Source: a virus
IMG/VR virus record: IMGVR_UViG_3300031993_000157
Strand: one strand, 5' to 3'
DNA length: 44,382 nucleotides
Shown: in pieces, positions 1 through 5,744 of the stretch
Layout: the number at the start of each line of letters is the position of its first letter
Position numbering within the stretch: position 1 is the first letter of the stretch
Program-made: the position numbers and the translations under genes
Notes under the pieces: model-generated
Seen by the model: the letters and a program-made list of their open reading frames with translations, nothing else
Told to the model about the DNA's origin: nothing
Database searches by the model: none

Positions 1-127
1 TTGCATTCGATAAATAATCAACCCCGGCCCGGGGCAACCCGGGCCATAAATCCCAATAGAAACTAACTAAAAAATCAATCAATATGGCAAACGAAATCAT
101 CAAAGGTTACAAGGGCTTCGACAAAGA
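1..127. repeat. Terminal overlap, copy 1 (identical to 44256-44382); circular contig closure, unique length 44255 bp
   Basis: Both window ends read ttgcattcgataaataatcaaccccggcccggggcaaccc...ggttacaagggcttcgacaaaga; compared base by base. Confidence 0.95.
26..45 (+). other. GC-rich stem-loop GGCCCGGG-gcaa-CCCGGGCC (GNRA tetraloop) 3' of CDS 44089..44268; no U-tract
   Basis: Perfect 8-bp stem read from sequence. A homologous hairpin with a compensatory stem change lies at 41859..41878. The same hairpin recurs at 44281..44300 inside the terminal overlap. Confidence 0.6.
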
Positions 128-905
128 CTTGAAGTGCCGTGGCTATCAGTACGAAATTGGAAAGACGCACGAAATGAATGAAGATGTGGAAATCTGCGAA
201 AGGGGTTTCCACGCCGTCCCGGCGGAAAACACCCCGCTTGACGTGTTCGGCTTCTATGCTCCCGCCGACGATAACGGCATTCCAAACAGGTTCTGCGAGG
301 TGGAAGCATCCGGGACTATCAAGAAATCCAACGACAAGATAGCCGCATCCAAGTTGAAAGTGGTTGCAGAAATCGGCATCGTCGGGATTGTCAAGGCGCA
401 CGTTGAATGGGTGTTGGCCCGCGTCAAGAAAGACGATAAGAAATCAGCCCACAAAGACGAAGATAACACGATTGCGACCAACACGGGCTATCAGTCCGCC
501 GCGACCAACACGGGCGATTGTTCCGCCGCGACCAACACGGGCAATTCTTCCGCCGCGACCAACACGGGCTATCAGTCCGCCGCGACCAACACGGGCGATT
601 GTTCCGCCGCGACCAACACGGGCAATTCTTCCGCCGCGACCAACACGGGCAATTCTTCCGCCGCGACCAACACGGGCAATTCTTCCGCCGCCGAGGTGTC
701 CGGCAAGGAATCCGTTGCTATTGTAACGGGCAAAGAATCGAAAGCGCGTGGCGCACTGGGTTGTTGGCTTGTGCTGACGGAGCGCGGCGAATGGGACGGC
801 GAAACATACCCTATCATAGAGGTTCGGGCCGTCAAGGTGGACGGGGGGTGCGTAAAGCCGAACGTGTGGTATGAGTTGAGCGGCGGAATGGTAGTCGAAG
901 CATAG
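84..905 (+). CDS. Repeat-containing protein of unknown function (273 aa): conserved N-terminal domain, 8 x 9-aa SAATNTGxx repeats, C-terminal domain
   Basis: ORF track. The N-terminus KGYKGFDKDLKCRGYQYE..ERGFHAV..RFCEVE resembles a recurrent phage/prophage domain of unknown function (DUF7666-like, from memory, unverified). Central perfect tandem repeats. Confidence 0.85.
   Translation: MANEIIKGYKGFDKDLKCRGYQYEIGKTHEMNEDVEICERGFHAVPAENTPLDVFGFYAPADDNGIPNRFCEVEASGTIKKSNDKIAASKLKVVAEIGIVGIVKAHVEWVLARVKKDDKKSAHKDEDNTIATNTGYQSAATNTGDCSAATNTGNSSAATNTGYQSAATNTGDCSAATNTGNSSAATNTGNSSAATNTGNSSAAEVSGKESVAIVTGKESKARGALGCWLVLTERGEWDGETYPIIEVRAVKVDGGCVKPNVWYELSGGMVVEA
474..689 (+). repeat. Tandem repeat, 8 x 27 bp: GCGACCAACACGGGC-NNNNNN-TCCGCC, in frame within CDS 84..905
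   Basis: Counted unit by unit. 21/27 positions are invariant in all units. The variable hexamer takes only three states: tatcag, gattgt, aattct. Confidence 0.95.
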
Positions 906-915
906 TTTAACCGGG

Positions 916-934
916 GGCCGGGTAACCGGCCTTT
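916..934 (+). terminator. Stem-loop GGCCGG-gtaa-CCGGCC followed by TTT; weak intrinsic terminator or RNA-stability hairpin after CDS 84..905
   Basis: 6-bp GC stem with GNRA loop and a short T run, read from sequence. Confidence 0.45.
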
Positions 935-949
935 AAAACCGAAAGCGAT

Positions 950-1465
950 ATGAACATTTTGGAAGCAATTAAAAAGGATTTGGACAAACGGCGCAATGAG
1001 TTGGCCGAACAGGAAGCGTTGAACCGCCGGACCGGAAAATTTATTGATGCGGCTATTTGTGCCGCGCGGGAAAGCGAAGCGCGGTTTTCTCTTAACTTGA
1101 TTCGGGATTATCTTGCGTTTGGTAAATCGTTTGGTTTCGAACCGGTCAAAACGTCGGCCGCCGCGTCGAACGGTCCCGTTGAATGGCGGGTTGCGGAAAA
1201 AGAACTAAAAGACGACCTGTTTGTTATTCTTTTGGGAACAACCGCGTTTTTTTGTAACGAGGTTTCCCCGGGCGATAAATACATTAAGTTGCCGGACGGT
1301 GTGCAATCGCCGTTATATTCTGTTGACGCGCCGCGTTGGGAAAAACACGATGGCGAAGAAGCGAACGAACCGGTATTTATTCGGGACGACGATATGTTTG
1401 TTTATTACAAAGGGTTTCGCCTTAATCTTGATAAGGTCTTTGGATTTTTGCCTAAAAGCGAATAA
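950..1465 (+). CDS. Hypothetical protein (171 aa)
   Basis: ORF track. The start context aaaccgaaagcgatATGa is identical to that of CDS 2455. Followed by a strong terminator. Confidence 0.8.
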   Translation: MNILEAIKKDLDKRRNELAEQEALNRRTGKFIDAAICAARESEARFSLNLIRDYLAFGKSFGFEPVKTSAAASNGPVEWRVAEKELKDDLFVILLGTTAFFCNEVSPGDKYIKLPDGVQSPLYSVDAPRWEKHDGEEANEPVFIRDDDMFVYYKGFRLNLDKVFGFLPKSE

Positions 1466-1480
1466 TGGGAAACACGGGAC

Positions 1481-1512
1481 GGCCGGGGAAATACCCGGCC
1501 TTTTCGTTTTTT
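1481..1512 (+). terminator. Rho-independent terminator GGCCGGG-gaaata-CCCGGCC + TTTTCGTTTTTT
   Basis: 7-bp GC stem followed by a T-rich tract, directly after the stop of CDS 950..1465. Confidence 0.8.
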
Positions 1513-1632
1513 AAGGTCCAACCGGGGCGTTAAACGCCGGAAAGGTCCCGACGGTCACAACGGGAATTTGCGGCCAAGAAATCGCCGGTTTTGTTGGGGG
1601 AAACATTTTGTTATACAAATTTTGCAAATTCT

Positions 1633-1723
1633 TTTGGTATTTAAATTTTTTGTTGTATATTTGCATACGGAACGATGAACGTTCCGAACGACCCGGCGGG
1701 TTCCGGGAACAAACAACGATGAT
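1633..1723 (+). promoter_or_regulatory. Early promoter-leader module A: -33 TTTG (1633-1636), -7 TATATTTG (1656-1663), two-hairpin leader (1668-1686, 1692-1707)
   Basis: TTTG-N19-TAnnTTTG matches the Bacteroides-type promoter consensus. Homologous to modules at 9570, 41433 and 44000. Confidence 0.8.
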
Positions 1724-2014
1724 ATGAAAATTAATCTTCACGAACTTAATTACGAACTTTTGGTTTCCCTTGGTTTGCCGAAAGCGTCAATACACACAGA
1801 CGAAACCGACGCATTGCGCCAATTATACAATGATTTCCAAACGGAAAAAGCAAAAAAGGAACTTGCGGAAAAGTACGGCGACGTTGAATTGATTATTGAC
1901 CCGAACGAAGATTGGTTTAACGTAATTCGAATTGACAACGAGAAATGGCGCAACGACCACGACGCATTTTGCAAGGAAAAAGCGGATTGGTGCGCAAGGT
2001 ATGGTTGCGATTAA
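1724..2014 (+). CDS. Hypothetical early protein (96 aa), first gene after promoter module A
   Basis: ORF track; the ATG sits 17 nt after leader hairpin 2; no motif recognised. Confidence 0.75.
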   Translation: MKINLHELNYELLVSLGLPKASIHTDETDALRQLYNDFQTEKAKKELAEKYGDVELIIDPNEDWFNVIRIDNEKWRNDHDAFCKEKADWCARYGCD

Positions 2015-2030
2015 CTTTAACATTCAAAAT

Positions 2031-2261
2031 ATGATTAGGATTGAACAAGCGATTGCCCGAGCAAAGGAACAGGGCAAAACAGTATTGAAAAAGGATTTGG
2101 CCGCGTTGTTGTGGCCAAATTCAAGCGAAGCGGCACAACAGGTTAATATGACGAATTTATGCAACGGCCGCCGGGATGCAGTAAAACCGGAATGGGTTGT
2201 TATCATCTGCGAAACGTGCGGTTGCTCGGCGGATTTCCTGTTTGGACTTTCAAACGAATAG
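2031..2261 (+). CDS. XRE/Cro-like helix-turn-helix transcriptional regulator (76 aa; alternative start 2001)
   Basis: Trimmed from ORF 1932..2261. KKDLAALLWPNSSEAAQQVNMTNLCNGRR ... SADFLFGLS is a typical HTH_3-type pattern. Confidence 0.7.
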   Translation: MIRIEQAIARAKEQGKTVLKKDLAALLWPNSSEAAQQVNMTNLCNGRRDAVKPEWVVIICETCGCSADFLFGLSNE

Positions 2262-2264
2262 GCG

Positions 2265-2438
2265 ATGGATTCATATAAAGCGTTGAATTTGTTTTGGTCC
2301 ATTGTTTGGGCCGCCGTGTTGATTCTTTGCGTTGTCGGGATATTCTTTAAATGGGCCGTTTACGTTGTGGCGATGATTGCCGCAATAATGGTTGTAACAT
2401 TCGTAAAAGATTACGTCCGTTGCGCGAAAATGAAATGA
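2265..2438 (+). CDS. Small membrane protein (57 aa, two hydrophobic helices)
   Basis: Hand translation, below the track cutoff: MDSYKALNLFWSIVWAAVLILCVVGIFFKWAVYVVAMIAAIMVVTFVKDYVRCAKMK. Fills the gap between neighbouring genes. Confidence 0.4.
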   Translation: MDSYKALNLFWSIVWAAVLILCVVGIFFKWAVYVVAMIAAIMVVTFVKDYVRCAKMK

Positions 2439-2454
2439 TTAAACCGAAAGCGAT

Positions 2455-3774
2455 ATGACAAAGGAAATTAAACAGAATCCCGCCGAGTTGGCCGCGTTGA
2501 TGGCCCCGGAACAGGAACCGAAAATTGAAATTGCGCCCGGAATGACTGTTGAAGAAATCCGCGCGATGTTCTTTGATTCGTCCGCGTTGCGCGAACCGGC
2601 GTACCGCGTGTATCAACTCAATTCGGACGGGTACAGATATTATTACCGTTACGACGAAACCGGCGAATTGCGGTTGTTCCCGTCTGTTACCACGTTGTTA
2701 AAACAAGTTATGCCGACGCCGCCGGGCCTGTTGGATTGGATGATTGCGAACGGAAAGGACGGCGCGGTTGAGAAACGCGATATTGCGGCCGCATACGGAA
2801 CGTTTATGCACGGCCAATTCGAAACGCTTATTATCAACCGGCGTTACGATTTCGATAACGTCCCTGCGGTATTGGCGGCGTATATGGAACGCGAGAACGT
2901 GCCGGAATCCCTGTTTTCGCAATGGGTTGTCAAGGTGCGCCGCGACGTGTTGGCGTTTGCTCAATTCGTCAAGGACTACAACGTAAAACCGATGGCCGTT
3001 GAAATCGGTTTGGTGCATCCCGATTATAACTTTGCCGGTTGTATTGACTTGCCGTGTGTAATGACAGACCCGAAAACGGGCGATACGTTCACGGCCATTG
3101 TTGATTTCAAAAGCGGCCGCAAAGGATTTTATGAGGAACACGAATTGCAATTGCATCTGTACCGGTCAATGTGGAACGTGAATTTTCCCGAAATGCCGGT
3201 ATCGCGTGTTTTCAACTTTTCGCCGAAAGATTGGCGGACGAAACCGACGTACAATTTGAAAGACCAAACCGATTCGGTCAATGCAAGGAAATTGCCGCAT
3301 CTGTTGGCGTTGGCGACCATTGAGGACGAAAAGCGCGACAATACGTTGACAATCGTTCGTGGCGTGTTGGATTTGGACCACGGCAAGATTTCGGATAATA
3401 TCTTGACGTTATCGTTGTCCGAACTTATCAAATCGAAAGACGCCGAAAAGGAAACGCCGGAAAAGGCGGCCAACGTGCCGGGCGGCGAACCGGCCGAAAG
3501 AATGGCCAAAAATACGCGTGGCGTTCCCCGAAAAAAGGCGGCCGAACCCACGAAAAACGATGAATCGGAATGTTCGGGAAAAGCGGCCAATGACGATTTC
3601 GTGCAAAATCATCTTCCTTGGGAAAAAGATATGAAAGATGGAACCGGAATCGAAATTACGAAAGACGGAAACAATGTTTCGGTAACGGCAAGGTATTACG
3701 AACCGGCCCCGGCTCCCGAACCGGAAACGCCGGTTGAGACTGAAAGTTTGTTGAATTGTGAAATGGAATTGTAG
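2455..3774 (+). CDS. PD-(D/E)XK RecB-family exonuclease (439 aa)
   Basis: Motifs GTFMH, GCIDLP (D), IVDFKSG (D/ExK) and ELQLHLY (QxxxY) occur in RecB-nuclease order. Confidence 0.8.
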   Translation: MTKEIKQNPAELAALMAPEQEPKIEIAPGMTVEEIRAMFFDSSALREPAYRVYQLNSDGYRYYYRYDETGELRLFPSVTTLLKQVMPTPPGLLDWMIANGKDGAVEKRDIAAAYGTFMHGQFETLIINRRYDFDNVPAVLAAYMERENVPESLFSQWVVKVRRDVLAFAQFVKDYNVKPMAVEIGLVHPDYNFAGCIDLPCVMTDPKTGDTFTAIVDFKSGRKGFYEEHELQLHLYRSMWNVNFPEMPVSRVFNFSPKDWRTKPTYNLKDQTDSVNARKLPHLLALATIEDEKRDNTLTIVRGVLDLDHGKISDNILTLSLSELIKSKDAEKETPEKAANVPGGEPAERMAKNTRGVPRKKAAEPTKNDESECSGKAANDDFVQNHLPWEKDMKDGTGIEITKDGNNVSVTARYYEPAPAPEPETPVETESLLNCEMEL

Positions 3775-3776
3775 AT

Positions 3777-4013
3777 ATGATTGCTATAACGACAAAATAC
3801 GAACCCGGTTCCACGGTTTGGACAATGGTTGATGATAAACCGAGAGAATTGACAGTAAAACGAATATTTATACGCATCGAACCGGGGAAAAATAGAATTG
3901 CTCTTTTCAATATTGAATATGAATTAACGTGCGACCTCGGCCGTGTTAACCGAGAGGAAATGAAATTAGCTGCAACAAAAGAAGAATTGAAAGAAAAAGT
4001 GTTTGGAAAATGA
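3777..4013 (+). CDS. Hypothetical protein (78 aa)
   Basis: ORF track; 4-nt overlap with the next gene; compact operon. Confidence 0.6.
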   Translation: MIAITTKYEPGSTVWTMVDDKPRELTVKRIFIRIEPGKNRIALFNIEYELTCDLGRVNREEMKLAATKEELKEKVFGK

Positions 4014-4735
4014 CCGGAAGAATAGTAAGGCCCGAACAGGGCGCGGCAATATTGGAATTGCCCGAAATTGGCCGGTTGCATATCGGTATGAAACAAGTTG
4101 GCCAAAACGGCCGCGAATATCCAACGTCAATTGATTGGTTCCGGCCGACCGGGAAATACGCCGGGTTGTTTACCCAAGCGTTGGGCGAACGGCCCCAAAC
4201 CATAACAATCATATTCCCGTCCGACGATGCGGCGCAAGTTTGCAACGAACGGTACGAATACCGGGACGATAAGGGCGCGTTGGTCGCCCGGGGGGACGGC
4301 CATACGTTCGAAATTTGGGACGGCAAGAAATACGCCCCGTATTCAGTGGACCAATACCCGGATATTATGCAACAGATAACCGCCCGGAACCCGACGAAAC
4401 GCGGGGCCGACAATTGGGACGTGGCGTTAACGTTGCGGTTTATCGTGCCGGCCGTCCGGGGCGTCGTGGGCGTGTGGCAATTTTCGACCAAGGGCGCGGC
4501 GTCGTCAATCAAGAACATACGTAATTCGTTCGACGGGGTGCAAATGATGCGCGGGACCGTATGCCAAACGGCGTTCGATTTGTCCGTACAGTTTGCCAAA
4601 AGCAACAAACCCGGGTCCAATTCCCGGTATCCTGTTGTTTCGTTGGTTGCCAACGATACACGTATTGAAGAAATCCGCAAGGCAATTGCGCCAACGCAAA
4701 ATTTGTCGTTACTGTTACCCGGAAAAGGACAATAA
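4010..4735 (+). CDS. Hypothetical protein (241 aa); possible DNA-binding/annealing partner of the exonuclease (position only)
   Basis: ORF track; no motif recognised; lies in the same operon just downstream of the RecB-like nuclease. Confidence 0.7.
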   Translation: MTGRIVRPEQGAAILELPEIGRLHIGMKQVGQNGREYPTSIDWFRPTGKYAGLFTQALGERPQTITIIFPSDDAAQVCNERYEYRDDKGALVARGDGHTFEIWDGKKYAPYSVDQYPDIMQQITARNPTKRGADNWDVALTLRFIVPAVRGVVGVWQFSTKGAASSIKNIRNSFDGVQMMRGTVCQTAFDLSVQFAKSNKPGSNSRYPVVSLVANDTRIEEIRKAIAPTQNLSLLLPGKGQ

Positions 4736-4736
4736 T

Positions 4737-4871
4737 ATGGAAATTGTGGATTATTTCTTTGGGAATTTTTGGCATTTCTTGGAACTTGTTTTGGTGTTGG
4801 ATATTGTGTTTTCCGGCGGTCTAATCCGGTTTATCAAAATCAACGCAAACGAAAAAGAAACCGAAAAATAA
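4737..4871 (+). CDS. Small membrane protein (44 aa)
   Basis: Internal ATG of ORF 4593..4871, 1 nt after the stop at 4735. MEIVDYFFGNFWHFLELVLVLDIVFSGGLIRF is hydrophobic. Confidence 0.4.
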   Translation: MEIVDYFFGNFWHFLELVLVLDIVFSGGLIRFIKINANEKETEK

Positions 4872-4881
4872 CGATGGCCAT

Positions 4882-4912
4882 TTTGGATTTGAAATATAAT
4901 TGACTATCTTTG
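4882..4912 (+). promoter_or_regulatory. Bacteroidota-type promoter: TTTG (4882-4885) N19 TATCTTTG (4905-4912)
   Basis: Exact consensus spacing; lies in an intergenic gap upstream of CDS 5016. Confidence 0.6.
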
Positions 4913-5015
4913 TGGCAACAATCGTGTGTGGCCGCGCACGTAACGGAAATTTAATGCCCTGTAAAGTAAGCCAACGGCGGCCACCGTTGACCGAAATACG
5001 GGGCAAACTTTTTTT

Positions 5016-5744
5016 ATGGAAATAAAAGGGATGGCGCATTGCTTATTTGAGCAATCCGGGACGTTCAAGAATGAGTTTATAAAACTTGGAATCCCGGCCG
5101 CCGATTATGACATACAAAACAATTTTGGCGAAACGGACAATGTAATTGATTTGTTCGCCGAAATAGAAACCGCATACGGGGGGGGTATTTCTATATTCGA
5201 CAAAATGACAAAGGACGATTTGATTTTGGCTTTTTTCCCCTGTATTTATTTCGATTGTATGTCGCAAATGTTGATGGGTTGGTACAATTACAATTCGCGG
5301 AAATTAACAACGAAAGAAAAGGCCGATTCTATATTGGAACGTTCAAAAAATCGGGAAAGATTTTGGCGGATTGCGGTAATGATGTTCGCGGTTTGCGATA
5401 TGCGGGGTTTACGGATAATTATGGAAAACCCGTTTAGTATGCAAACATTTTTACGTGGTAATTTTATATTCCAACCGACGATAATTGATAATGACCGAAC
5501 GTTGCGCGGGGACATATACAAGAAACCAACCGGATATTGGTTTTTGAATTGCGAACCAACGTATAACGTAACGATGGAAAAGTTGCATAAAGGAAAACGA
5601 ATTATTGATGAACGCGGGGTTAAGGGCGGCGGAATTTGTAGTGAAACGCGTTCAATGATAACAAAAGAATATGCCCGTAATTTTATTTGCGATTTTATTT
5701 TGGGTAAAGTACAGGTTGGCACACAATTACAAATTTTTGAATAA
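5016..5744 (+). CDS. Divergent DNA (cytosine-5)-methyltransferase-like protein (242 aa)
   Basis: LFEQSGTF (motif I-like), FFPCIYF (motif IV Pro-Cys) and MENP (motif VI ENV-like) occur in the canonical order. No clear target-recognition domain. Confidence 0.5.
   Translation: MEIKGMAHCLFEQSGTFKNEFIKLGIPAADYDIQNNFGETDNVIDLFAEIETAYGGGISIFDKMTKDDLILAFFPCIYFDCMSQMLMGWYNYNSRKLTTKEKADSILERSKNRERFWRIAVMMFAVCDMRGLRIIMENPFSMQTFLRGNFIFQPTIIDNDRTLRGDIYKKPTGYWFLNCEPTYNVTMEKLHKGKRIIDERGVKGGGICSETRSMITKEYARNFICDFILGKVQVGTQLQIFE

Noticed and set aside
474-689. Possible CRISPR array (regular 27-bp periodicity)
   Set aside because: There are no spacers: only a 6-nt variable cassette lies between 21-nt constant parts. 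The array is in frame inside a protein gene, and no cas genes are present.
364-874. Alternative-frame ORFs 364..726, 518..874 and minus-strand 572..835 across the tandem repeat
   Set aside because: They are open only because the 27-bp repeat lacks stops in several frames. The frame of 84..905 has conserved flanking domains.
1932-2030. Upstream extensions of track ORFs (1932..2030, 21560..21673, 28980..29087, 36121..36252, 41450..41521, 44017..44088 and others)
   Set aside because: The extensions overlap the preceding gene or run through promoter/leader RNA. Internal ATGs placed 0-4 nt from the upstream stop give the compact coupling seen throughout the genome.
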